Source: Hydrolagus colliei (lineage: Eukaryota). Taken from it: DNA of 64,000 nucleotides. Every line of letters begins with the position of its first letter. Position 1 is the first letter of the stretch. The notes under the pieces are model-generated. The model was not told the DNA's origin and did not search any database. It was given only the letters and a program-made list of their open reading frames with translations. Both the position numbers and the translations under genes were made by a program. Positions 10,581 to 22,800 of this stretch are shown in pieces. The stretch lies in assembly GCA_035084275.1 (NCBI GenBank), contig CM068742.1, positions 122,636,001 through 122,700,000 of the forward strand, read 5' to 3'.

Positions 10581-13280
10581 GAACAGATGTGTGCTAGAAT
10601 GTAAAGCTGGGAATTTGTTACGAAATCTGATCTGCCTTGGATTTCTGTTACGACAACAACAACTTGTATTTACATAGCACCCTTCACATGGGGTAGCATC
10701 ACGAACTAGCCTTGAATCTCACACTGCTGTGTCCATCAAAATACACAGTTATCGTTTTTATACTGTATGTTGTAGGGGTCACTGAATTGAAAGCTCCTTG
10801 AATCCTACTGACCCCCTCACTTCCTTCCCTCGGTGAACAATGGCCTGCTCCACGTCACCCCATCCCTAACTGATCTGCTCCACCATTGGGCAGGCTTTCA
10901 GTGATTCTATTCCTGGTCTATGGAACTGCATTTCGGAGTTCCTCTGACTGGCTTCCTCTTTCCTTTTATTAATGGCATGTGTCAAGACATTTTTTGACCA
11001 TGCTTTCGGTTATGTTTTCGCTCCACATCCTCTTTGTCTTTCACATGCTCCCAGCCCCAGTGTGGGCGCCCAGTCAGAAGTGTCAAGGTCTTTGAGATAC
11101 CCTCTCAATGTGAAAGATGCTATATAAATGTAAATTGTATGTGACTTTTCTGCCTGATGTGGACTTAGATCCTCAGTTGACATTGGTTATGGTTCAGGTT
11201 GCATGTATAAACAACTGTAACAAACGGAGCACAATAATAAGCAGAGTAGATAAAATGGTAGTGGAAACAGTTAATAGGGAGCCATGTGAAATAATTTGTA
11301 AAGGAAGAGAGCTCTAATTGTAAATACAATACAACAGAATTTGTATTTATCAAATTCTGTTCATGCAGCATAGCGTCTTATTGAACTGAAATTGTTCCCA
11401 CACTCTTTCTCCCAGATAAATGCAATTGTATTGATGTCACACAATTCACATTAAAAGGTTGACTCAAAACACTCAATACAAATATGCATATTTCAGGGAT
11501 CACTAGATAACGACAACATTTTGCATTTATACAGCGCCCCTCATGCAGAATAGCATCCCAGAGCACTTGACAGTGGAAGAGTCTTATGGGGAGGTGACAG
11601 TAGACACGATAAAAGAGGAAGGTCTTCAGGATCGATCTGAAAATGGGGAAGGAAGGATAGAGGATAAGGAGGGATAGAGGATAAGCTTCCAGAGTTTCGG
11701 ACCATAGTGGCTACAATCATGGCCAACGATTGTGGTACGGAGAGCAGGAGAGATATGCAGAAGGCTGGAGGTAGCACTTGGTAACTTCATTTGCAACCTC
11801 CTGAATCCTAGACACTAATTCCATCTGAAGCTTTCCCCAGAAAGACAGCAAAGAATAAGAAAAAACCGAGTGGTCCATCAAGGCTGTTCTCTCACAATAT
11901 TCACTGCCTTCCAGGAACTTGCTTCTCTTGACCCAGCTGAGATGGAATGGAATCCGCAGGTTTAGTTCTATGCTCAGTATGTTCATCTCAGCTGGGAAGG
12001 GGAGGAAGCGCATTGCCATAAATTGCACCTTTGCAAATGCTTGTGTGTGATCTCGGAGTGGTGAAAAATTATGTTTGTTTTTTCTGATTCTTCCCTAAAA
12101 TTTCATAAAAGAGTACCAATCTATCCCATGTGCAATTTCATAAAGAAATGTGCTTTTATAACAGCAAACTTAAGTCCACTCCAAGATCACACACAAGCAT
12201 TTGCAAAGGTGCAATTTATGGCAATGCGCTTCCTCCCCTTCCCAGCTGAGATGAACATACTGAGCATAGAACTAAACCTGCGGATTCCATTCTCCACCCA
12301 ATAGGCCATCGAGGCAGAGGCTATCTAAACACCAGATTACAGTGATGCAGGAGCACCAAAACCAAAGATGCTTTGTTCTGGAAAACACCTCTCGTTTTAA
12401 AGGGATTACTGTAATACTAGTTTACAGTGACTGATTTGCGAAAATCTCATTACAGTATATAAACCTGATGGTATTAAGCTGAATAATCACTTGTGGCGTG
12501 ACTTAACAGCTAGGTAATTGCTATCCTATATACAGAGTAGATTAACCATTTAAATAACCAGAGTTGTTTGAGTGTACAGAAATATGATTGTGGAGTTCAT
12601 GTTGTCGAATTATTTTCTCTGCTATGCTCTGAAAATTTTGCATCGGGTCAAAAACGCATTTCTTATGGAATGCTTTCCCTTTTCCAAATGTCAAGAACTA
12701 CACCATTTTGTAAACTAATATCAAATGACCAAGGACTGCAAGCGGAGTCTCCTTCGAGTCAAACTGGTTCCAATGTGACATGCTTGATGAAAGAATGTCA
12801 GAATCAAGTCAACTGCCTTGATGTCATCTTGGTAGATCTGGTTCCTGACAAAGGTGGGTCTGCATTAAGTCAGGGCAGTGCTGAGGATAGCCCAGCCAGC
12901 CTGACTCATTGCAGGACTTGAAGAAGTAAACCATTCACTGGGAACAGGGATTTTCTTCCTGTAAGCTACAGCTCTAATGGATAATGGCCACAGCTGGACA
13001 AGCGATGGAAACGTTGTCAGGCAGGGCTTTCAGTGCTAAACTACATTAAACTCTTGATAGCAAGATCCTGTCTTAACTTATCACTACTACTTGATTCACC
13101 AACTTGTCAATATCCCTGCAGCTTCTCATGCAAAATGTTAATAAAGGACTCGGCATTACTTGTCACTCCACTTAACACATAGTTGCATTCTAGAAATTCT
13201 TTTAGGTACTTCTTCAGATAACTTGTCCTATAAGATGGCAACTACCATTGTGGAGACCTCCTTTCCTATCATGTAGAGAT

Positions 13281-14669
13281 AAGGAATAAAAAAGGAGCAG
13301 TTACACTGTTAGGGATATATATACTATAGACCACCAAATATTTGCAAGGAGATAGAAGAGCAGATCTGCAAGCAGATTTCGGAAAGATGCAAAGTCAATA
13401 GAGTAGTGATAATGGGAGACTTTAATTATCCCAACATCGACTGGCAATAGTAGTGTTAAGGGCAAGGATGGAGAAGAATTTCTGAAATGTATACAGGACA
13501 GCTTTCTTGATCAGTATGTTTCCAGTCCAACAAGGAAGGATGCTGGATATAGTTTTGTGGAATGAGGTGGGGCAAGTACAACAGGTTTCTGTAGGTGAGC
13601 ACCTTAGAAATAGCGATCACAACATTATTAGATTCAGGATAAGTATAGAAAGGGATAAGGAACACTCAAAGGTGAAGACACTCAACTGGAAGAAGGCTAA
13701 TTTTAGTGAGTTAAAACGAGACTTGGGTGTGGGGAGCATAGTTTCCAAGTTTGCAGATGATACTAAGTTAGGGAGAATAGTAAATAGTGAGGAGGATAGT
13801 AACCATCTGCAAGAAGATATAGATAAAATGGTAAAGTTGGCAGACACATGGCAGATGAAGCTTAATACAGAGAAGTGTGAGGTGATACATTTTGGGAGAA
13901 GAAATGAGGGGAGGCAATATAGGCTAGATAGTACAATTTTAAGGGGTGTGAGGGTACAGAGAGACCTGGGGATTTGTGTTAGTGACTCTTTGAAGGTGGC
14001 AGGACAGGCAGACAAAGCCGTTAAGAAGGCATATGGGATACTAGGTTTTATAAATAGGGGTATAGAGTACAAAAGTCAGGAAGTGCTGACTAACCTCTAT
14101 AAAACTTTGGTTAGGCTTCAGCTGGAGTACTGTGTCCAATTCTGGTCACCACACTATAGAAAGGATGTTAAAGCATTGGAAACGGTGCGAAGAAGGTTTA
14201 CTAGAATGGTACAAGGATTGAGGGACTTCAGTTATGGGGAAAGGCTAGATAGGCTAGGTTTATTCTCTTTAGAACAGAGAAGGTTGAGAGGAGACCTAAT
14301 AGAGGTTTATAAAATCGTGACAGGATTCGACAGGGTGAATAAGGAAAGACTGTTTCCACTGGTGGGTGAATCTATGACTCGTGGTCACTGATTTAAAATA
14401 GTTTCAAAACGAAGCAGAGGGGAGCTGAGGAGAAATTTTTTCATTCAGCGGGCTGTTCAAATCTGGAATGCATTGCCTGAAAAGGTGGTGGAGGCCGATT
14501 CGATAACAGCTTTTAAAAGAGAATTAGATGTTTATTTAGGGAGAACAGGTCTGTTAGGTTATGGGGAGAGAGCTGGGCAGTGGGATTGAGTTGCTCTTTT
14601 GAAAGAGCTGGCACAGACTAGATGGGCCGAATGGCCTCCTTTTGTGCTGTAAAATTCTATGATTCTATG
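13281..14669 (+). mobile_element. CR1 LINE, 5'-truncated and internally deleted (EN C-terminus fused to RT C-terminus)
   Basis: EN motifs YYRPPN, MGDFNYPNIDW, SDHNII; RT motifs SKFADDTKLG, TWQMKLNTEKC, LEYCVQFWSPHY, LFSLEQRRLRGDLIEVYKI; CR1-type 3' octamer tail ATTCTATG x2. Confidence 0.95.
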
Positions 14670-14671
14670 TA

Positions 14672-15046
14672 CAGTAGAAGCCCGTTTATCCGTGACCCCG
14701 GATTGTTCGACCCCCTCCCGGGGCAATTCCCTATTCCAGCAATCACGAGTATGCTGAATTTGCATGTGCGCAATGCGTGCGCATACGCACTTATTAAACT
14801 TACGAACTTGGAGGTTTTTACCGATTGGTAAAAAATGCTTTTTTACCGATTTTTTACCAAGTGTGCTGAAATCTTTATTGTAAAGTAGCTATATAATATT
14901 CTGTTTCTATTTAATATATTATTAACATAGTATGTTTTAAAATAAGTCAATTTTTTGTGTTGGGTTTTCGGCAACGTGCCGCCCGATTATCCGGCATAGT
15001 CAATTGGTTGACCCCCCAAGCGTGCCGGATAAACGGGCTTCTTTTG
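14672..15046. mobile_element. Tc1/mariner (Tigger/pogo-like) MITE related to family B
   Basis: TA TSD; TIRs CAGTAGAAGCCCGTTTATCCG / CGGATAAACGGGCTTCTTTTG. Sits immediately at the CR1 tail. Confidence 0.85.
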
Positions 15047-16049
15047 TACCTGTGCAGGCACTTGGCAAAGGTTGGGGCCTGGACGCTCAGACGCATTGCA
15101 GAGACCTCTGGTCTATTGGCCTGCCTCCCACTTTATCTGTGATAGAATAAATAATATAATAATAGCAGTTGGCCACAGTGTGGCTCTTCAATAGCTATCA
15201 GGGCCTTGTTACATGTTGGGTAGGGATTTTATGAATCCCTTACAACTGCTGTTTAATGGAGATTTTATTGTATTGGAGTCGAAGCACTCACTGACAGATT
15301 GCTTCAGCTTTTGGTGAAGGGGAAACTAGCAGCTGCAGCTACAATGTAGTGGTACCAAAGGGTTACATTTTTGTAGGTATTGGTGTCAAATGCCAGATTG
15401 AACCATTGTTCATTGTGCAATTACACACAGTACTAGACAATATAAATTTGTTTTCCGTGATCAAATTTCAGAAATGTTAGACTGCTGTAATCAAAGGACA
15501 CTTTTGGGGAGTTCTGTTGTACTTTGAAGGAAGAAATAGGGGAAATTAATTATCTTTAGTGTCAGATTGCCTTAAGCAATGCATCGCTTGGAGTAATTAA
15601 ACAACTTTGTTTATGTATTGTGTTGTGTTGTCAGATGGCAAACCAAGCCAAAGATGCTGCCAAACATTGTTGGATCTTGAGCCATGATTCGAATTTAACT
15701 GGCTGTCATCTGTCAATATAGCCATGCATTACAGAGCAAGGAAAACATACTGATCAAAGGTCATTTTTTAAGCAACAAACTGAACAAGAGAAACCAGCCT
15801 ATTTTAATACATCAGTTGATTGATCACCTTCATCCGAGAGAGAGTCTGATTATCAGACTGTACATCCATACATTGAGGTGTATGATTGCAATCGTATTTT
15901 ATGGCAGCAGTGGCTAGCCTTAGAGCTTACGTACTGTTTTATCTTAAAGTTTCCTTATTGCTGGGGTCAGCCTGGTCCAGTTGGTAGCAGTCTCAACAAC
16001 CACAACAACTTGCATTTATACAGTGCCCTCCACGCAGAGTGGCATCCTG

Positions 16050-16330
16050 GTGTGAGTGGTAACAATCTCAACTTTGCATCAAAAAGTTGTAGGTTCAATC
16101 CCCACACCAGGACTTTCAGCTCAGTCTAGATTCACACTCAAGTTCAGTGATTGCATTGTCAGAAGTGTCGACCTTCAAATGAGATGTTAAACCCATGTCC
16201 TGTCTGCCTCTTCAGATGGACATTAAGATCCCATAGCACTACAGCACCTTGTGACGACCTCATGACTTAAAAGGCTGGCACTATACAGATGTAATTTTGG
16301 TGCTGTTGTTGTTGAAAAGAGAACAAACTT
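16050..16330 (+). mobile_element. Older Deu-domain SINE (SacSINE1/AmnSINE1-like) remnant
   Basis: Deu-like core TGCATTGTCAGAAGTG..GAGATGTTAAACC..CTGTCTGCCTCTTCAGATGGACATTAAGATCCCATAGCACTA. Similar remnants at ~44560-45140 (-), 61070-61300 and 63290-63570. Confidence 0.6.
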
Positions 16331-17690
16331 TTTTCCAGTGCCCGAGCCCTGAATACCCCACCCCTCCTATAAAATTGATCATGGCTGCAGCATATGGCTA
16401 GGCATAGATTGTCAGCCAGCACGATAAGATTTTTAAAATCAAATACAGAGAAATCATCATTATTACAATTATAGAGGGCAGCTGATTAAGGTAATTGGCA
16501 AAGAGCCAAGGGCAAATAAGTAGGATTTCCTGTTTGCCCAGGGAGCTTTTAGGATGTGAAATGTCCAGTGCAATGATCAAGGCAGAATTTATGTTCGTTT
16601 TCAAGATAGAGGGAAATAGGTGTCTAAAATCAAATAATAGCTAAAGTAGTTATTTATAGATTGTCGAAAAGACAGATAAATAGGACTAAATTATCTTTGT
16701 GAGATCCAGAAATGATGGGTTGAATGGTCTTCTGTGCTGTAAATTTCTGCAGTTCTGTTGTAAGTCTTTTATTGTATAGAGACAGCTGAATACTGTATAG
16801 TAAATGCCAGAACATTGAACTGCGCCTTTACAGCCCTCTATATGCCTCCTCTGAGATGTCAGAGCTAAGAATTAAAAGTATGTTTAGTATTTTTCTGGGC
16901 AAACTTTATATCTGTTGACAAAGAGCCTGTAAATTGTGACTACTGTAGTTTGCCTGAGTTGGTTTAGGAGAAGATTATTTGGTCAAGCAACAATTAGGCA
17001 TCATTCGCAGGCCCGGCGATTTGAATAATCTATTTCTGTGCTGTAGGTTTATATGGGATTGATACCATTGGGATAGAATTGTCATGGATCCTCCTAGTGT
17101 GAGGTTCCTCTGGGATTCCAGTTGTCTGTGGGCATGAAGTTAGTGATGTTGTAGCATAATTTGTAACTCCAGGGAAGTACTGTATGTTGGTAACAGGTTT
17201 TCGAAAGTGTTGCTAATTGAATGTACCTCTCAGGAAGGCACAGTACTCCTGCATACTTGGTGTGAGAAACAGAAAAATTAACAGGAGGTAAAATGTGTTG
17301 CTGAAAGGTAACCCTTTATTTGTGTGTCAGGATCCTGTGTCAGGGGAGGTGGAGGGGTGGGGGGGAGGGGGTTTGGTGGTGGTCATGGACATACACAGAT
17401 TAGTTGATTTGGCAGATAGTGGCAAGTGAATTTTTAATGCAGAGAAAATTAGGTTATGCATTTTTGGGTTGTCTCCAACGTCATGCAAACATGGCTGTTT
17501 ACATGACATTGCAGTGTGCTAATTAGCTACTGCAGTTGGCTACAAAATAGATACACTGTACAGTATATTATGTGGGATCCTTTCAAATGACCGTCTGATG
17601 TGAAAAGTGGTTTATCAAAATCAAGAATTGTTTGATTATTGTTTAAATCAACAGCCAAGAGAGAGACATAATTATAATTTTTTTTTACAG

Positions 17691-17725
17691 GAACAATTTG
17701 AGGATGCCTTTGAAAACATCCCAAA
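17691..17725 (+). CDS. TTC39B: TTC39B-like, coding exon 2 (EQFEDAFENIP-)
   Basis: Acceptor ttttttacag|, donor |gtaagt. The 35-nt exon encodes an acidic FEDAxE motif like TTC39B DVFEDALETIS; phase 0 to 2. Confidence 0.88.
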
Positions 17726-18129
17726 GTAAGTAATATGTGCCTATACTTTAATTCCGGGTGGTCTAACCTTTTATCTGCCTTGGGCCAGATTCCCTGTTTC
17801 AGATAGAACCATTGGCTGCAACAACAGAATTTTGTGTTTCCCTTCCGGAAACTTTACAGCATTTACACGATCATGTTGGAACAACATTATGACACTGGTG
17901 GCTGGGCACCTGAGCTGGGGGTGGTAGCTGAGGGATATGAGGAGGTGCAAAGATGCCAAAAGTGTGGGCAAAGAGTTAGGTCTTGATGTGGCTTGAAAGA
18001 GAGGAGGGAGTTGGAGTTCCTACAAGAATGGAACTCCAGTGAGTGGGGGCAAATGGGAATGGTGGGTAGATGGGGTGGGGGACATGAAGCATATTGGTGT
18101 TTGCTCTGCAAGGGGAATAGCCAGGAGGG

Positions 18130-18425
18130 GAGGTCTCTCTCTGCTCTGCTCTCACACTGTTTTTATTTCTTCCTATCCTCCACTCCCTCATGCTCTTTCC
18201 CACATGTTCTCCTTCTTTCTCTCTCCCTCAATCACTATCTCTCTATCCACTCTCTCATGTACTCCCTCCTACACACTCTTTCTCTGCTCACACATGGTCT
18301 CTCTCCCTTACTCTCTCACAATCCCCTTCTCACATCCTCTCTCACTCTTCCCTTTCACACTCCACCTTCCTTCCCTCTCAATCACTCTCTCTCCTCTCTC
18401 TCACACACACTCTCTACTCACCTCA
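18130..18425. repeat. CT-rich low-complexity tract
   Basis: Degenerate (CT)n/(CA)n polypyrimidine stretch, preceded by a GA-rich stretch. Confidence 0.8.
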
Positions 18426-18741
18426 TTGCTTATAATGTAGAACACTTGCCTGTAACGTTAAGCTTCATTTGAAACCAATTCTATTTTGATAAGTGTTGTG
18501 AGGATTATTGTACGAATGATAGTATAAAATGCAAGTTACTATTGTATTATTATTATTGTTCCATTCAAGATCTATGACAATTCATTTAAATTTACTGATA
18601 AAATATTGTCCTTTGCTTTCTACATTAAAAGGTCAAAGGTCCTTTTCAGGAATCTACATAATGCATTCAGGAATGGTTCATGAAGGATGTTTATGAATAC
18701 ACTAACATTTAAAAACAGCAACACATGACAATAATCCTTGC

Positions 18742-18845
18742 AAAAACACAAAATACTCCAGATGCTGGAAATCTGAAACAAAAACAAAACCAGAAATCAC
18801 TGGGAACACTCAGCAGGTCAGGCAGCATCTATGGAAAAAAGTGAG
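18742..18845. mobile_element. Penelope-type terminal (pseudo-LTR) remnant
   Basis: AAAATACTCCAGATGCTGGAAATCTGAAACAAAAACA..CTCAGCAGGTCAGGCAGCATCTATGGA resembles the terminal repeat of shark Penelope-like elements (from recall). Confidence 0.5.
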
Positions 18846-19292
18846 TCAATTTGATGTAGCTCTTTTCACATCTTCTAGACGTCTCAAAACACATCACAAA
18901 ATATACTGTAAACTGAATTGACTGTACATTTGTGGGTGAAATGTAGCATCTTTCATGTTGGGAGAATGTCTCCAAGCATTTCATACCAAGTTCCCACCAA
19001 ATTATCCATGTAGTTCCTTACAAAGAATCCAAGGTAATTGTGCTGTAAAAAGTTTGAAATGATGACCCTGCTAGGAAAGTATTTAGATGGCTAATGTTCA
19101 GGGTGCATTTGATACCTCTAAGGTTTGAGTACTGAGCTCCTACACAGAGCTTGTAAGAATTTTATTGCAGTGGACTGTTTTGTCTTTTACTACATCTTGA
19201 AGAATGAACAATCCACAACAATAACTTGCATTTATATAGCGTCCCTCACACATGGTAGTGTTGCAGAGCACCTGACACCAATCACCATAGTA

Positions 19293-19846
19293 TAGGCTGC
19301 AGGTCATCCAAAACTCTGCAGCCCGTGTACTATCCCGCACCCGCCTCCGCGACCATATAACCCCCACCCTCGCCCGTCTCCACTGGCTCCCCATCCTCCA
19401 GAGGATCGAGTTCAAGATCCTCGTCCTCACCTTCAAGGCCTTACATGGCCTTGCCCCGCCCTATTTAACCAATTTACTCTCCCCCTACAAGCCCACCCGG
19501 ACCCTCCGTTCAGCAGGACTTGGCCTGCTCCAAGCCCCCCGCCTGAACCACCCCACCATCGGAGGCCGGGCTTTCAGTTTTTCTGCTCCGACCCTGTGGA
19601 ATTCCATCCCACAATCCCTCCATCTCGTTTCTTCCCTTTCCTCTTTCAAGGCTGGTTTGAAGACTTTCCTCTTCGACCGTGCCTTTTGTTCCACCCCGAA
19701 TTCTTTGACCTCCCCTACTTGTTTCACCCCTTCCCGAACACCCCCCTCCCAGCTCGGGTCACACGCCTCCTGTGCCACGCCTTGGGACGTCCTCCCGACG
19801 TGAAAGGTGCTTTATAAGTGTAATTTGTTGTTGTTGTTGTTGTTGT
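19293..19846 (+). mobile_element. Young-looking L2 LINE 3' end
   Basis: Open RLQVIQNSAARVLSRTRLRDHITPTLARLHWLPILQRIEFKILVLTFKALHGLAPPYL..GGRAFSFSAPTLWNSIP..FKAGLKTFLF, then a 3'UTR and (GTT)n tail. Confidence 0.93.
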
Positions 19847-22800
19847 TTTGTGGAGTTGAGGCCATTCCTAACAATGCTTTACTTAGTCTAAGCAATGGGT
19901 TATTTTGCTAGTTAATTTTACAGCCAAACATTAACCCAGGAGTATAATACACAGGGAAAGAGTTAATCATTGGGTAGCATGCTTTTAGTCCAATGCCAAT
20001 ACTGTATGTTCCCAAAGGCTGAGTATATCAAGAATTTTCTGGAAAAGTAATATGGAAGTGTTATAAGAACTGTGATTCTTCATCAAGATTCTTTATTTGA
20101 AAAGGAAATATTTAACGGTTGAAAGCCTCTTATTGCAGTGTAGGAATTAGCATGACATGTGCATGACAAAAGAAGGGAGTTTCTTCCGCTCTCCTGATCA
20201 ACAATCTCCCAGATAAAATTGATCATTCGCTTCAAGGCTGCTTGTGGAACATTGTTGCGCGCAACTGTTGCTGTAGCATTTACAGTACTTACAGATATAG
20301 GCTATAGTCACTCAAATTTATAGTAAATTCTGTGAGTGTGCTTTGAAAGGTACTTGGAATATCAAAGCCAAGGATTTTTTATTTTGATGTGTCTTTCTTT
20401 CGCCCTCACCAAAAAATTTGACAGTAGAATAACATTACTAGTTGAATAAGGAGAATTGAACAGAAGGACAGACATGAAGAGGGCGATGTACTCTACTCAT
20501 ACTGTGAAATACTATTAGTGTGCAATACATAACATGAGCTCAGCACATCTTTCAATCCAGTTTGCACCATCTGGTTAGTATTCAGTCTTGCAATCCCTTG
20601 TGTTTTCATCACTCTGTTTAATTCCTGTCCCAGTATCACTAGCAATGATCTGCTATGAATGGAGCAGTACCCCAACATGCCAATTGCAGACAAAAAGGAA
20701 TGAGAGTTTGATTCCATCCTCTGATATTGAGCCAGTCTGGTCCTGCTATTTTCCTGAACCATTTAGGCAACATTGATTGGGTAGTTCACTTTTGTTCAAC
20801 TTGTCCTCCCTCTGGTCATGAAGTTTCTTGTCCAGTGTTGTGTTAGAATAAAAAGGTGAGAAAAAGCTTCTAGCATCCGTTTCCAGATTTCCTAACTGGA
20901 TTTTGTGGCTGAGTCCCTTGGTTCACTGCAGTACACAGAAATATGCTTTTTGTCTCTGTGTGGATTCATGTACCTTTCTTTGTTGACTATCCTACAGTAT
21001 TTGCAGATGCTTGAGAGTTTTTGTTTGATTTACAGCATTTTGGACCAGAGAGGGGTGGGAAACCAACAGAAGTACGACAGAATTCTTCAAAGGGTTAATT
21101 GACCTTTCATTTAAGCTAAAATCCGGAAGTCTCCTGTGAAGTTAATTGTTGTCTTCAGAACATTGCCTTTTATGAGCTAATCACGAATTAATGAAGGTCC
21201 TGTGAGGAAATGTAATATTCCTTAAGAAAGTCCACACCACCATTGTAGAAAAAAAAATGCTAGTATTCACAGCAATTAATAGACTTTCATGTTGTATCTG
21301 GGGAGATACTCCACTTGGGTGCAGATTTGCTTTATGAAGGTAGCATTTCAGAGATTCCAGAAGTTTGTAAACTGTTAAACACAGCCTTGATTTTTCTGTA
21401 CGTTTTATTTATAAACTGCAGAAAACTTTGATGTTGAATTCAACAATTTATCAAATTATCAAGCTTCAATCAAACCAGGAGAATTGGAAAAATCAATCCT
21501 CTTTCCTTAAAGCCTTTTGAGAGTATAAACTGTTTATAATTGACATGTTCAGATTTATAATAATCTGTTCATTTGATATATCCTTTCATCAGGAGGATAT
21601 TTCAAAGATATTACAAAGAGCTTCACAAGTTGTACTTAAAAGTGTAATGACTATTTTGTAGGTGAACACTGGGTATTTTGAAGCCCTGGGGTTAATTATG
21701 TACTTTTTTTTTCCAATTTAGCAAATTTAACGGTTGATTCAAAAATAGCTTCCATTTTAGAAGTGGTTTTAATCTGATTGGAAAGTTTCAATAAATGTTA
21801 TTGTTGAGGTTTAGACACTGGTTGATTTGTAACTCAATATGTACAACATTGCGATTATTTTTAGACGTGATTGTGCTGATTAATGTACCTTAATCATGTT
21901 GGTACCTGATTATAGCTGGTTCCTCTGAGATTGCCTCTCTGCAGATTAAAGTGAGTTACTAATCTGTCTCATACAAGTGTGCTGCTGTTTGCTGCTCCCC
22001 TATGCCACCATTGGCGGCTGTACTTTCAGCCGTTCTGCCCCTAACTTGTGGATGCCCCTGTATCAATTCATCCCCCCAGCCATGACCTCTCCTCATCTAT
22101 CTATAATTCCCTCTTGAAGACCAACCTCCTTGACCATGCATCCAACCCTACCTCTGTGCAATGCTCCTGAATCTCTATCCTGGGTGAAAGGCACTGTATA
22201 AATACAAGTTGTTCTGTTGTTTGAACCTTCAACCTGTATTCAGGAGGTAGAGTAGCTCAAAGGAACAGTGTTGTGCCTGTCCAAAAAGATTTGGACAATA
22301 CACTCTTGTATAACTATCAAATACTCTCTCTACAGAAAACAAAGTACAGCAAAGACACACTTTTTAGATTTGGTATTTCTCATGTGTTGCAAGGAATGCT
22401 TTGAAATATGAATGCCCCCATTGATACTAAATTCACTGCTTCTAATTCCCCCAAAATGGCACCGAACAGGTATATCAATTGACATTTCTTTTTTGCCTTA
22501 AGACTGGATAGATTTTTTAGAGATTTTATTTTAAGATTAAAATCTGGATGAGTTGGATGAGTACCATAATTGACCCAACAGCTGTAGGGTAAACTGGGTT
22601 TGCAATATTGGTTATTTTGAAAAAAAACTTTCTAACATAATTTTAAAAATGTCTTATTTCAACATTCTTGGGTCAGAGTTTCTCCGAGAACTTAGGAGGC
22701 AAAGCTTCCATGTGATAATTGAACACACAATGTGGCTGTTATCAGGTTCAATGGTTACTTTGGCGAATCTCAGTTGAGGCAATGATAGGAGTGATACAAC

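Noticed and set aside
11717-12028. 103-aa minus-strand ORF sharing a peptide with plus ORF 12071-12304
   Set aside because: The shared peptide simply reflects the inverted duplication. I recognise no protein homology, so it is not called as a gene or pseudogene.
13507-14391. Functional reverse transcriptase gene
   Set aside because: The upstream EN part has stops and frameshifts, and most RT motifs before FADD are deleted.
17993-18472. Leu/Ser/His-rich ORFs
   Set aside because: Products of a CT-rich low-complexity tract.
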